Counted from the stretch's first letter, positions 48,294-57,990 are shown. The stretch is DNA of 64,000 nucleotides from Patescibacteria group bacterium (GCA_028717685.1 JAQUNI010000002.1:7903-71902); one strand, 5' to 3'. Notes: generated by a model from the letters alone, not told the origin. Numbers and translations: made by a program.

Positions 48294-48809
48294 TAGCTTT
48301 GGCAAGATTTCTGCCAGAGCTTTTTTTATTGTCTTTAAAATGATTTCTTTTTCTTCTGGCAGAAATTTTTGTAAGACAAAATCCTCGGCGGGAATTTTTT
48401 CCAGCATTTCGGTTTTAATCCCGATTCTTAAACGGTTAAAATTTTGCGTGTTGAGGGCGTCAATAATGGATTGCACGCCTTTGTGTCCAGCAGAACTTTT
48501 ATCTTGCTGAATGCGGTATTCGCCGAGGGGAATGTCAAGGTCATCCTGCGCGACTAAGAGATGCGGGGGATCTATTTTATAAAAATTATAAAGGAGGGAA
48601 ACAGCCTCGCCGGAGTTGTTCATAAATGTCTGGGGTTTAGCCAAGATTAAATTTTTTCCTTTAGCGATTTCAGCCTTAAACTTTTTTTCCGAATTAAATT
48701 CCGGAAGCTTTAAACTCTCGCGCAATTTTTCTACCACAAAAAAACCGACATTGTGTCGCGTTCCTTCATATTCTTTGCCGGGATTGCCTAGGCCGATGAT
48801 TGTAATCAT
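48288..48809 (-). CDS. pth: Peptidyl-tRNA hydrolase
   Basis: N-terminus MITIIGLGNPGKEYEGTRHNVGF. Confidence 0.9.
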   Translation of the reverse strand: MITIIGLGNPGKEYEGTRHNVGFFVVEKLRESLKLPEFNSEKKFKAEIAKGKNLILAKPQTFMNNSGEAVSLLYNFYKIDPPHLLVAQDDLDIPLGEYRIQQDKSSAGHKGVQSIIDALNTQNFNRLRIGIKTEMLEKIPAEDFVLQKFLPEEKEIILKTIKKALAEILPKLL

Positions 48810-48810
48810 G

Positions 48811-48976
48811 AAATTTTCAATTTTCAATTTCTAATTTCTATTAAATTTCTAGTGAATCAATTTTAAAACTTCATACGGAATAAATTTTATTGTACTTGGC
48901 TTGATTAAAGATTTGAGGTTTAAAAATTAAAAGAATTGAAAATTCAATAAAAATTGAAAATTAGAAATTAGAAATT
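48811..48976. repeat. MITE-like inverted-repeat element (ttttcaatttctaatttc family) between pth and the LCP gene
   Basis: Arms 48811-48852 and 48929-48976. Confidence 0.5.
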
Positions 48977-50494
48977 CTACAGCTTTTGATCTTTCCCTAA
49001 AACAATAACGAAATCCGCGTCAGCCCCGCGGCCGTCGGGTGATTGTTCCAGAAAAAAACTGCGGCCGGCGGCGACGTTGGCGTCAAATTTTGTCCTCAAC
49101 TTCTCTAATGCTTTTTCTTGTTTGCCTTCCGTGTAATCAAAAATGACGGTTTTGTCATAGTCTTGGGAGTCCGCGTTAAAAATACCCACAATTTCATAAC
49201 CTTCTTCTTGCAGTTCCACCGCCGCTTTGCCCGCGAGACCTTCAGTGGTGGTGCCGTTTCTGACCTGCACTTTAATTTTTTCCTCTGTTTTCTGTTTCGG
49301 TTTTACTGCTTCGCTTTCGCTTTTTTCCGTTTCGGGACTAAAAATATTTTGGGCAAGCTTTTGGATTTCAGAGAAATCGCCCGCAGCGGGCACTAAAATG
49401 GAGGCGCCCCCTTCACTGGTAGTAGCAATAAGCAACCCCCCGTTGCCATTATCTAAAACGCGATTTGCGATTTGGTCGGGATTTACTTCCCGAGTGATCT
49501 GAATGAGTTCGCGCGCTTCCGAAAGTTCCAAATTCGTCAACATATGATCGCCCATAGAATCAATTAGACCAGTAATCTTAATAGGATTTAAAATCGTGCT
49601 TAAGGAGAAGATTTTATCTTTTGCCGCCACCAATACTTTTTGCTGGCGGTGCGCTCGGGCAAAGTCCGAGCCTTCACCATTTCCCCCATGGCGGCTGCGG
49701 ACAAATTTAAGCGCCCTATCTCCGTTCATGTGTTGTGGTCCGGCGGAAAAAGAAATTGTCTGGTATTCGTAATTCCAGGCGGGATAAAAGTAATCAGTAA
49801 AGGCTTGATCCACATTAACATCAATGCCGCCCATAATATCAAGCGCTTTTTCAAAACCGGCAAAATCAATGATCACATAATAATCCAAAGGAAGACCCGT
49901 GACTTTTTCCACGGCGCTTGTAAGAAGGCGCGCTCCCCCTTCTTTCGGATCATCGCGTAAACCGTAAGCGTAAGCGGCGTTGATTTTAGCCTCTCCGTAG
50001 TTATCGAGATTGACCCAGAGATCGCGGGGAATGGACAACATCGCCACCTCTTTCGTTGTTGGTTTTATGCTTAAAACAATGATGGTGTCGGCAAGATAGA
50101 TGCCTCCTCCTTGATCTTTATTTTGCTCCGTGCCGCGGATGCCGATTAAGAGGATATTAATTCTCTCCTTTGTTTCTATTTCCGGCGTGCTCTTTTCCGG
50201 CGAAATCAGCTTTTTAATCTGGGTAATAAGAGAGTGATTTTTTTTCCCTAAAAATACTTTTTCTCCGGCGGAGAAAATTTTATAAGCAAAAAAGATGCCC
50301 CCGATCACCAGTAATACTCCAAAAATCAAAGTTATTTTTTTACCCCAATATTTAAAAGACCTCCTCTTCGTTTCCCCGGGATAGGGGGATACTTCTGACG
50401 AGAGGGCGAGATCGTTATCCTCAGAGCTTGGCAGATGGCTTTGAGATAGAATGTTTTGCTCTTTTTCTCGGCCTTCAGGATAATAATTATACAT
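48977..50494 (-). CDS. LytR-CpsA-Psr (LCP) family cell-envelope phosphotransferase
   Basis: TM anchor followed by the LCP core (RINILLIGIRG ... DTIIVLSIKPTTKEVAMLSIPRDLWV). Confidence 0.8.
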   Translation of the reverse strand: MYNYYPEGREKEQNILSQSHLPSSEDNDLALSSEVSPYPGETKRRSFKYWGKKITLIFGVLLVIGGIFFAYKIFSAGEKVFLGKKNHSLITQIKKLISPEKSTPEIETKERINILLIGIRGTEQNKDQGGGIYLADTIIVLSIKPTTKEVAMLSIPRDLWVNLDNYGEAKINAAYAYGLRDDPKEGGARLLTSAVEKVTGLPLDYYVIIDFAGFEKALDIMGGIDVNVDQAFTDYFYPAWNYEYQTISFSAGPQHMNGDRALKFVRSRHGGNGEGSDFARAHRQQKVLVAAKDKIFSLSTILNPIKITGLIDSMGDHMLTNLELSEARELIQITREVNPDQIANRVLDNGNGGLLIATTSEGGASILVPAAGDFSEIQKLAQNIFSPETEKSESEAVKPKQKTEEKIKVQVRNGTTTEGLAGKAAVELQEEGYEIVGIFNADSQDYDKTVIFDYTEGKQEKALEKLRTKFDANVAAGRSFFLEQSPDGRGADADFVIVLGKDQKL

Positions 50495-50612
50495 AAAATA
50501 AAACCGCTATATTGCGATGTTTCAATTATACAAGATGTGGATAGCGAAAGTCAATTGTTGCCTGAAGAGTTGATGTTGTGTTATAATCCACATATATTAT
50601 TCATTAAAGTTT

Positions 50613-51206
50613 ATGAATAACAACCAGGAAACAAATATTTTGGAAAAGATGGGTCGTTTTGTTTGGGAGATAGTGAAAGTGGTAGCGGTCTCTTTGGCGA
50701 TTGTGATTCCTATCCGCTATTTTTTGATTCAGCCATTTTTCGTGAAGGGAGCTTCAATGGAGCCGAATTTTGAAGACGGTGAATATTTAATAATTGATGA
50801 AATCAGTTATAATTTAGGCAAGCCCCGCCGCGGGGAAGTGGTGGTTTTTCGTTATCCCCGCGATCCCTCGCAATATTACATCAAAAGAATCGTCGGACTG
50901 CCCGAGGAGAGAGTGGTGGTTTCAGGCGGCAGAGTAATGATTTACAACTGGCGTTATCCCCAAGGTTTTGTTTTGGATGAGAAGAAATATCTTTATTCCC
51001 TGCGTTCCACTCCTGGCGAGGTGAATATAGTTTTGGGGAGTAATGAGTATTTTGTTTTAGGGGACAACCGGCCTGGGAGTTCCGATTCGCGCATTTTTGG
51101 TCCCGTCCCCGCCAAAAATATCATCGGCCGCGCGTGGATTAGAGCCTGGCCTTTCAACAGGATGACTAAATTTGATGTCCCTATATTCGCGCAAGACCTT
51201 CAATAG
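50613..51206 (+). CDS. lepB: Signal peptidase I
   Basis: Box B GASMEPNF, box D RIVGLPEE, box E GDNRPGSSDSR. Confidence 0.9.
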   Translation: MNNNQETNILEKMGRFVWEIVKVVAVSLAIVIPIRYFLIQPFFVKGASMEPNFEDGEYLIIDEISYNLGKPRRGEVVVFRYPRDPSQYYIKRIVGLPEERVVVSGGRVMIYNWRYPQGFVLDEKKYLYSLRSTPGEVNIVLGSNEYFVLGDNRPGSSDSRIFGPVPAKNIIGRAWIRAWPFNRMTKFDVPIFAQDLQ

Positions 51207-51310
51207 TCCAAAATTCAAAGTTGAGTCCAAAATTCAAAGTTAAATTCCTAAAATTTTAAATTTTTAACTGTAATTTTTAACTTTGCACTTTGAACTTTTA
51301 ACTAAATCCA

Positions 51311-52663
51311 ATGCCTAGAATAAAAAAACAAAAGATGGTTTCCGAGCAATCTATTCCTCGCAGGCGGATTTTTTTGCGGGCGGTTAAAGGGACGAAAGAT
51401 ATCTTGCCCGAGGATCAGCCTTATTGGGATTTTATGCGGGACACGGTGAGAAAGATAGCATTTGAATATGGTTTTAGCCGTATTGACACGCCAATTATTG
51501 AAGACACAAATATTTTTGTGCGGGGAGTGGGAAGCGGAACGGATATTGTGGAGAAGGAGATGTTCACTTTCAAAGATAAGGGAGGAGACAGTATCTCTTT
51601 GCGTCCGGAAAACACGGCGGGGATCGTCCGCGCCTATATTGAAAATGGGCTTGTGAATAAGCCTCAACCATTAAAGCTTTATTATCTTGGTCCTATGTTT
51701 AGGTATGACCAGCCCCAGAAAGGACGTTTTAGGGAGTTCCATCAATTTGGTTTTGAGATTTTAGGGTCGGCTTCACCTACCTCGGACGCCCAAATGATTT
51801 TAGTCGCCAGCAATATTTTAAAAGCTTTGGGATTGTCCCGCTTCAATATTAAAATCAATAGTGTAGGTTGCGCGGTTTGCCGACCGGCATATAAAGAGAC
51901 TTTGTTAAGTTATTATCAAGGGCAAACTTCTCGACTTTGCGCCCATTGTAAGAGACGACTCAAAACTAATCCCTTGCGGCTTTTAGATTGTAAAGAGGAA
52001 AAATGTCAGAGGCTGGCTAATAATGCCCCAGCTTTGATTGATTCTCTGTGCGAGGAATGCCACGACCACCTGAAAGAAGTTTTAGAACAGCTTGATGAAT
52101 TAGAGATTGCCTACAGTTTGACTTCTAAATTAGTAAGAGGCTTGGATTATTATACCAAGACGGTTTTTGAAATTTGGCCCGGAAAGTCAGAGGGGCAGGA
52201 AGAAGGAAAACAAATCGCTTTAGGCGGCGGCGGACGTTATGATAATCTGGTGGAAGATTTAGGAGGCGAATTAACGCCGGCTGTGGGTTTTTCCTGCGGT
52301 ATGGAACGAATTATCATGCAACTTATGGAAAGTAAAATTGAGCCTCCTCGCTCGCGCAAAATCCACGTCTTTCTGGCGCAACTCGGGGAACTTGCCAAAA
52401 GGAAAGCTTTGGTGCTCTTTGAAGAGTTTCGCCAAAACGGCATTACTGTTTCGGAATCCTTTTCGCGAGGGAGCCTTAAGTCTCAACTTAAAGTAGCGGA
52501 CCGACTGGGCGTTAAAGTCACTTTAATTCTAGGCCAGAAAGAAGCTTTAGAGAAAACAATTCTTTTACGCGATATGGAAACGGGGGTGCAGGAACTTATC
52601 AACAGAGATAAAATCGTTAGTGAGGTAAAGAAGAGGTTGGCGAAGGCCAGGAAGAAACCTTAA
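51311..52663 (+). CDS. hisS: Histidine--tRNA ligase
   Basis: Class II motifs with the HisRS-specific RPENTAG and GGGRYD. Confidence 0.9.
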   Translation: MPRIKKQKMVSEQSIPRRRIFLRAVKGTKDILPEDQPYWDFMRDTVRKIAFEYGFSRIDTPIIEDTNIFVRGVGSGTDIVEKEMFTFKDKGGDSISLRPENTAGIVRAYIENGLVNKPQPLKLYYLGPMFRYDQPQKGRFREFHQFGFEILGSASPTSDAQMILVASNILKALGLSRFNIKINSVGCAVCRPAYKETLLSYYQGQTSRLCAHCKRRLKTNPLRLLDCKEEKCQRLANNAPALIDSLCEECHDHLKEVLEQLDELEIAYSLTSKLVRGLDYYTKTVFEIWPGKSEGQEEGKQIALGGGGRYDNLVEDLGGELTPAVGFSCGMERIIMQLMESKIEPPRSRKIHVFLAQLGELAKRKALVLFEEFRQNGITVSESFSRGSLKSQLKVADRLGVKVTLILGQKEALEKTILLRDMETGVQELINRDKIVSEVKKRLAKARKKP

Positions 52664-52672
52664 TTTTTTCGT

Positions 52673-53008
52673 ATGTGCATTTTTTGCGATATCGCCACGG
52701 GCAAACAAAAAGCGGAGATTATGTTTCAGGATCAGGATATAGTCGCCTTTTCCGATATTAATCCTAAAGCGCCGGTGCATATTTTGCTTGCGCCTAAAAA
52801 GCACCTAGAATCGCTTCAGGCTTTAGGAAAGGAGGATATTACTTTAATCGGGAAGTTAGTCTGGAGGGCGAAGGAGTTGGCGCGGGAGCAAGGAATCAGC
52901 GATGGTTATAAACTTATTTTTAACGGAGGTCAGCTCCAGAAGGTTTCCCATTTACATCTTCATTTGTTAGGTGGCTGGAAGGCGGAAGAGAAAGTTTCCG
53001 AAGTTTGA
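52673..53008 (+). CDS. HIT-family (histidine triad) nucleotide hydrolase
   Basis: N-terminal CIFC, and HLHLHLL (HxHxHxx) near the C-terminus. Confidence 0.85.
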   Translation: MCIFCDIATGKQKAEIMFQDQDIVAFSDINPKAPVHILLAPKKHLESLQALGKEDITLIGKLVWRAKELAREQGISDGYKLIFNGGQLQKVSHLHLHLLGGWKAEEKVSEV

Positions 53009-53094
53009 CGAGCGCATTTCTTTTGTGCTATGATTATGACCGAATTCACGTTTAGAATCTAAATTTTTAATCTCACCAAGGAGGTGAATAAATT

Positions 53095-53337
53095 GTGGTT
53101 GAAGTTACAAAGAAAGAATCCGAGTCTCTGGCGAGCCTTTTGCGCAGATTTAACCGCAAAGTGCAGCAGAGCGGTATTTTAGTAGAGGCGAGAAAAGCGC
53201 GATTTTTTGACCCTCCCAAAAGCAAGCAGCAAGTCAGGGAAAGCGCGAAACGGAGGGCGCAGATCGTCAAAGAAAAGGAATATTTAAGAAAGATCGGCAA
53301 GCTTCCCACCTTTGATCGGAATATGTATCAAAGATAA
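53095..53337 (+). CDS. rpsU: 30S ribosomal protein S21 (GTG start)
   Basis: Basic 80-aa protein with SLLRRFNRKVQQSGILVEARKARFF. SD aaggaggtg 8 nt upstream. Confidence 0.8.
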   Translation: MVEVTKKESESLASLLRRFNRKVQQSGILVEARKARFFDPPKSKQQVRESAKRRAQIVKEKEYLRKIGKLPTFDRNMYQR

Positions 53338-53346
53338 ATAATCCTT

Positions 53347-53805
53347 ATGGTTGTTTTAGAAAAAATTGATTCTGATTTTAAACAAGCCTTGAAGAAGAGG
53401 GATCGAGAAACGATCTCTGTGTTAAGTATTTTGAGATCCGCTTTAAAAAACGAAGAGATAAAAAAGAGGCGCGAAAACCTTTCTGAAGATGATGTCTTGG
53501 GAGTATTGCGCAGAGAGTTAAAGCAACGCAAAGAGTCGCAAGAGGAGTGGCATAAAGCAGGGCGGATGGAGAAAAAAGAAGAGGAACAGAGAGCAATTGA
53601 ATTAATTGAAAGTTATTTGCCGCTGCCGATGGCGCGGGAAGAAATAGAAAAGATCGCGGCGGACGTGATCAAAGAGCTTAAAGCCGCTTCTCCGGCTGAT
53701 ACGGGAAAGGTAATGGGTACTTTGATGCCGCGTTTAGAAGGCAGGGCGGATGGAGCGCTCGCAAGCAAGATAGTCGGAGATTTATTAAGCGCAAATAAAG
53801 AATAA
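53347..53805 (+). CDS. yqeY: GatB/YqeY domain protein
   Basis: YqeY-type N-terminus (LKKRDRETISVLSILRSALKNEEI) and C-terminus (GKVMGTLMPRLEGRADGALASKIV). The rpsU-yqeY linkage is conserved. Confidence 0.8.
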   Translation: MVVLEKIDSDFKQALKKRDRETISVLSILRSALKNEEIKKRRENLSEDDVLGVLRRELKQRKESQEEWHKAGRMEKKEEEQRAIELIESYLPLPMAREEIEKIAADVIKELKAASPADTGKVMGTLMPRLEGRADGALASKIVGDLLSANKE

Positions 53806-53879
53806 ATTAAAAAAACAAATATCAAACGCAAAATGAAAGATTAAAATTGACGCGAAACATTATTTTTAAGCGAAGTGAA

Positions 53880-54130
53880 GAATCCATTGGTCGGGTTGGC
53901 TAAAAGCGAGATCTTTTATTTCAACTACACACCAGAAAGTCACGGGTGCCCGGTCTTCGCAGTCGAAGACTGCTTCGGTGGAGTAGGCTAAACCTGCAGA
54001 TAAATAGTGGCTTTAGGGTAGAGGGGTTTCCTGCCCGCTCGTGCCTCGCGGTGGCAGGCGGGCGCTCCACGAAATCTTATTATAAAAAGATGTCGCGAGC
54101 CTCACGCCCGTGGAGCTTCACTTAAGTTAG
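53880..54130 (+). ncRNA. Candidate structured non-coding RNA of unknown class (GC-rich, multi-hairpin); strand uncertain
   Basis: A 250-nt GC-rich island in an AT-rich spacer. Hairpins include gtcttcg-cagt-cgaagac, gctccacg...cgtggagc and ctcgcg/cgcgag pairings. No ORF. Confidence 0.3.
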
Positions 54131-54184
54131 GCTTAAGGATGATGTAAGGCATCATTTTCACATTTTACATTTTGCATTCTTATT

Positions 54185-55384
54185 ATGCCAGCATCACCAC
54201 CCAATAATCTGCCTCTTCCAGAGGACAACAACACTCCTCCCTTCCAAACTCCTCCCTTTCAAGCAAATAATAATGGAGCTAATCCTCTTGCCGAAGTGAG
54301 AGGGGAAAATAGCAGTCCCATTTTTAGCGAGCCTCGGGAAGGGTTAGGAGAGGTTTTTTCTCCGGGAGAAGGGGGATCCCCTGGCGTGGCAGGAAGGAAG
54401 GATTTTTTTGCCTCTTCAGAGCAGGCGAGCAGAGTTATGCCCTCGGAGTATCGCGGGACAGGAGGCGAGCGGAATCCTTCAGAATTAAGTCCCGTCACCT
54501 CTACCATGTCGCCAGTGGCGGTAGCGCCTCAGAAAAGACAAATTTTTTCTAAGAAGCTTGCTATTATTTTGATTATTTTAGTATTGGGCGGGGGAGGCGC
54601 ATTCGTATATTTTAATTGGTTTTGGAATCCTTCCGCGGAGCCAGATACTCCTCCCGTTATTACGCCAGCGCTTCCAGAGAATCTCGAGACATCAGAGGGA
54701 GGGGAGACTGTCCCCTCGGAACAGTCTGATCTGCCTGTCACTCCGCCGCCCTCACCCAATCAGGATTCCGACAATGATGGATTAACCGATCAAGAGGAAG
54801 AAGCTTTGGGCACTAATTTGAAAGAGGCAGACTCGGATCAAGACGGGTTACCGGATGGTTGGGAAAAACAGAATAATTTAAATCCTTTGGATCCTGGGGA
54901 TGCTCATCAAGACCCGGATGGAGATGGTTTAGATAATAGTCAGGAGTATTATTATACAACCAATCCTTTCCTATCGGACACGGATGGCGATTCTTACAAT
55001 GATGGGGCGGAGGTGGAGAAAGGTTACGACCCTGCACGGGCGGGAGAAAAATTAGAACCTGCGCCTGAAGAGCAGCAACAAGGAGCGGCAACGACCCCTG
55101 CGGAGAGGGATAAAATTCGCAAGAATGATTTAGAAGCTTTAGAAGTAGCTTTGGAATTATATTATGATGACAATGGGTTTTTCCCCGATAATTTAACCGA
55201 TCTTTCCCCTGATTACGTTATTAAGGTCCCGGAGGACCCTCTGACATCAAGATATAGTTATCAGTATCAAAAATTGTCCCCGCGAAGTTATGAATTCACG
55301 GTTGCCATTGAAGGGGACAATGACCCGGAAGATTTAGCGGATGGCGCAGGAGATCATCTTTACAAAGTGAAAGTGGGAGAGTAA
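54185..55384 (+). CDS. Membrane-anchored protein with thrombospondin-type-3-like Ca-binding repeats and a C-terminal type II secretion pseudopilin (GspG)-like domain; start may be the internal Met at 54506
   Basis: TM segment LAIILIILVLGGGGAFVYF. DxDxDG repeats (DSDNDGLTD, DSDQDGLPDGWE, DPDGDGLDNSQE, DTDGDSYNDGAE). C-terminus KNDLEALEVALELYYDDNGFFPD is pilin-like. Confidence 0.65.
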   Translation: MPASPPNNLPLPEDNNTPPFQTPPFQANNNGANPLAEVRGENSSPIFSEPREGLGEVFSPGEGGSPGVAGRKDFFASSEQASRVMPSEYRGTGGERNPSELSPVTSTMSPVAVAPQKRQIFSKKLAIILIILVLGGGGAFVYFNWFWNPSAEPDTPPVITPALPENLETSEGGETVPSEQSDLPVTPPPSPNQDSDNDGLTDQEEEALGTNLKEADSDQDGLPDGWEKQNNLNPLDPGDAHQDPDGDGLDNSQEYYYTTNPFLSDTDGDSYNDGAEVEKGYDPARAGEKLEPAPEEQQQGAATTPAERDKIRKNDLEALEVALELYYDDNGFFPDNLTDLSPDYVIKVPEDPLTSRYSYQYQKLSPRSYEFTVAIEGDNDPEDLADGAGDHLYKVKVGE

Positions 55385-55478
55385 TAAATGTTTATTTCTT
55401 CGGTAGAGAGGCGCTATTTGTCCTGTCGGATATCTTTTACATCCATCAGAAAGTTAGCGTGGAGATAAAGACATATTA

Positions 55479-55922
55479 ATGATTTTTGATTTTAGAAACC
55501 TTACCCGTTCTAAGGTAAAAAAAGACTTCTTTCACGGGATTGCCAAAAGATCAGTCCATTTCCAAACCGCCTTAAGAAATTTTGAGATTAGTTTGGTTTT
55601 AGTGGACAATGCCAGAATTCGCCGGCTGAACCGGGAATATCGCCGCGAGGCGAGGAATACGGATGTTTTATCTTTTAGTTTGGGGAAGCCTGACGATAAT
55701 CAAATTGCTGAAATTTTTATTTCCGTAGAGCAAGCGCGATTGCAGGCAAAGGAGATGGGTCATTCTTTAAAGCAGGAATTATCCATTCTTTTTATTCACG
55801 GGCTTCTGCATATTTTAGGGTATAACGACAGAGTGAAAGAGGATAAAATTAAAATGTTCAAAGAGCAAGACAGAATTTTTAAATCCATAAAGGACGAGAA
55901 GATTATATTATCTAAACCATAG
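55479..55922 (+). CDS. ybeY: rRNA maturation endoribonuclease YbeY
   Basis: Motif HGLLHILGYNDR (H3xH5xH zinc site). Confidence 0.85.
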   Translation: MIFDFRNLTRSKVKKDFFHGIAKRSVHFQTALRNFEISLVLVDNARIRRLNREYRREARNTDVLSFSLGKPDDNQIAEIFISVEQARLQAKEMGHSLKQELSILFIHGLLHILGYNDRVKEDKIKMFKEQDRIFKSIKDEKIILSKP

Positions 55923-55928
55923 CAAGGA

Positions 55929-56288
55929 ATGCGGTTTATAAATTTCAAAAAATTATTGTATAGTTTTCGTTATGCCTTTAGAGGCATTTACATCACTTTT
56001 CGGGAAGAGCAAAATTTTCGGATTGCCGTCTTTTTGAGTTTTGTTGTTATTTTTTTTATGATATACTATAAAGTAGCTTTGAGTAGCAAGGTGATTTTGA
56101 TTTTAACTCTTATCGCTGGCTTAGTCTTAGAAGTTTTGAATACGATTTTAGAAAAGATAGTGAATATTTTAAAACCCCGTGTCCATCCCTATGCCGAAGT
56201 GATTAAGGATATGATGTCTGGCGCTGTTTTATTGGCTTTCCTAGCTTGGTTGGTTATTATTTACCTCATTTTTCGTCCCTACGTCTGA
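55929..56288 (+). CDS. dgkA: Diacylglycerol/undecaprenol kinase (DgkA family)
   Basis: 119-aa three-TM protein with EVLNTILEKIVN. The ybeY-dgkA linkage is conserved. Confidence 0.75.
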   Translation: MRFINFKKLLYSFRYAFRGIYITFREEQNFRIAVFLSFVVIFFMIYYKVALSSKVILILTLIAGLVLEVLNTILEKIVNILKPRVHPYAEVIKDMMSGAVLLAFLAWLVIIYLIFRPYV

Positions 56289-56543
56289 AGAATTTTATAC
56301 CTTTTGAAAATTTTTAATTTTTTACGGAGCGATCCCTTGGGGATATTTTGTCGCTGACCTTATCCGCCGCGTAAGGTCTATTCTTCTTCCGCCTTGAGTG
56401 GATTTTAGATGGATGAATTTTAGAAGGCGAGCATTCAGAGTGCGTCGTGGTTTAAGGCTTTTGGAGCGTAAGCGACTTTTCACAAAGCGATCTTGCAAGA
56501 AGCGACGGAGCGATTTTTAATTTTTAAGTTTTGTGTTTTATTT

Positions 56544-57788
56544 ATGCCTAGACAAGAAATTATTTCGGGTATTGACCTAGGTTCGGCGAATATTCGGGTG
56601 ATTATCGTAGAAAGAGGGGGCTTAGAAGATAAGCCCCGTATTTTGGGAATTGGCGAGTCTCCTTCTTTCGGGATCAGAAAGGGCGCTATCGTGGACGCCG
56701 AAGAAATCGTCACGAGTATTTCTTCCGCCTTGGAGAAAGCGGAGAGAATGGCGGGTTCACCGGTGGGGCGGGCTTATGTCTCGGTGGGCGGCGCGCAGGT
56801 ATCGTATCTCGAGTCCCGCGGGGTGATCGCGATTTCAAGGGCGGACGGCGAGATTTCAAAAAACGATGTTTCCCGCGTGATTGAAGCCGCTTCCGCGGTA
56901 AGCATTTCTTCTAATCGGGAAATTTTGCATATTCTGCCGCGGGATTTTATCGTAGATGATGAAGGCGGCATCAAAGATCCTGTGGGGATGAACGGCGTTC
57001 GTTTGGAAGCGGTGACAACCATCGTGGAAACTTCGTCTTCCCTGCTTAACAATCTGACGCGCTGCGTGGAGCGCACGGGGGTGGATGTCGCGGGATTAGT
57101 TTTTGCGCCTTTAGCCTCCGCTTGGTCAGTACTTGAGAAACGTCAGCGTGATTTAGGCGTAGTGCTGATTGACCTTGGAGGAGGAAGCACAAGTTTTAGC
57201 GTTTATGAAGAAGGCGGGCTTCTTTCCGGCGGAGCATTGCCAGTGGGCGGGGAGCATATTAGTTCAGATTTGGCGATTGGATTGCGTACTTCCATGGATA
57301 CGGCGGAACGGATTAAGATTGAATATGGGTCTTGTTTGCCTCGCGAGATTGATAAACAAGAAGAGATTGACCTTGCGAAAGTCGTGAAGAAGGAGAAAGG
57401 AGTGATTTCAAGACGCGAAGTCGCGGAGATTATTGAAGCCCGCGGTGAAGAGATTTTTAAGATGATTGATAAAGAATTACATAAAATTGGTCGCAGCGCG
57501 CAGTTGCCCGCCGGAGCGGTGCTTGTGGGCGGCGGTGCGAAGTTGCCAGGGGTGGTTGATTTAGCCAAGGAAATTCTGCGTCTCCCGGCACAGATTGGTT
57601 TTCCGATGGGACTTTCAATATCTGTGGATAAAGTAGATGATCCTGTTTTTGCCACCGCCACAGGTCTAATTCATTGGGGGTTGGGAGAGGGAAATAGATT
57701 TTCCTTTGAGTTCAACCGTGAGGGTTTAACCAAATTGAACAGCGGCGTGGACAGAATGAAACGTTGGTTTAAAAACTTCTTACCGTAA
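56544..57788 (+). CDS. ftsA: Cell division protein FtsA
   Basis: Actin-fold phosphate motifs ISGIDLGSANIRVII and VLIDLGGGSTSFSVY. Confidence 0.9.
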   Translation: MPRQEIISGIDLGSANIRVIIVERGGLEDKPRILGIGESPSFGIRKGAIVDAEEIVTSISSALEKAERMAGSPVGRAYVSVGGAQVSYLESRGVIAISRADGEISKNDVSRVIEAASAVSISSNREILHILPRDFIVDDEGGIKDPVGMNGVRLEAVTTIVETSSSLLNNLTRCVERTGVDVAGLVFAPLASAWSVLEKRQRDLGVVLIDLGGGSTSFSVYEEGGLLSGGALPVGGEHISSDLAIGLRTSMDTAERIKIEYGSCLPREIDKQEEIDLAKVVKKEKGVISRREVAEIIEARGEEIFKMIDKELHKIGRSAQLPAGAVLVGGGAKLPGVVDLAKEILRLPAQIGFPMGLSISVDKVDDPVFATATGLIHWGLGEGNRFSFEFNREGLTKLNSGVDRMKRWFKNFLP

Positions 57789-57857
57789 GATAATTTTAGA
57801 CAAAAGGTATTGCCATAAAAAAAAGAATCATCTATAATAACTTGAACCTTGGAAACC

Positions 57858-57990
57858 TGTGACTTGTAACGTGTAACACAAGGGAAAACTTGCCCCCCAC
57901 CTTTTGAAAAAGGTGGGGGTGGTGCGGGGTTTATAGACCTGCGGAACTTCACTTGAGTTACAAATTTCAAGTTACACGTTATAAATAAGA
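57858..57990 (+). promoter_or_regulatory. Structured ftsA-ftsZ intergenic element: long-range 11-bp inverted repeat (taacgtgtaac / gttacacgtta) around a strong hairpin cccccacctttt-gaa-aaaaggtggggg
   Basis: Seen directly in the sequence. Sits immediately upstream of the ftsZ start. Confidence 0.4.

Noticed and set aside
53925-53960. RNase P CR-I-like stretch (agaaagtcacgggtgcc)
   Set aside because: It is only one loosely matching element. P4 partner, CR-IV and CR-V consensus sequences were not found by eye, so no rnpB call is made.
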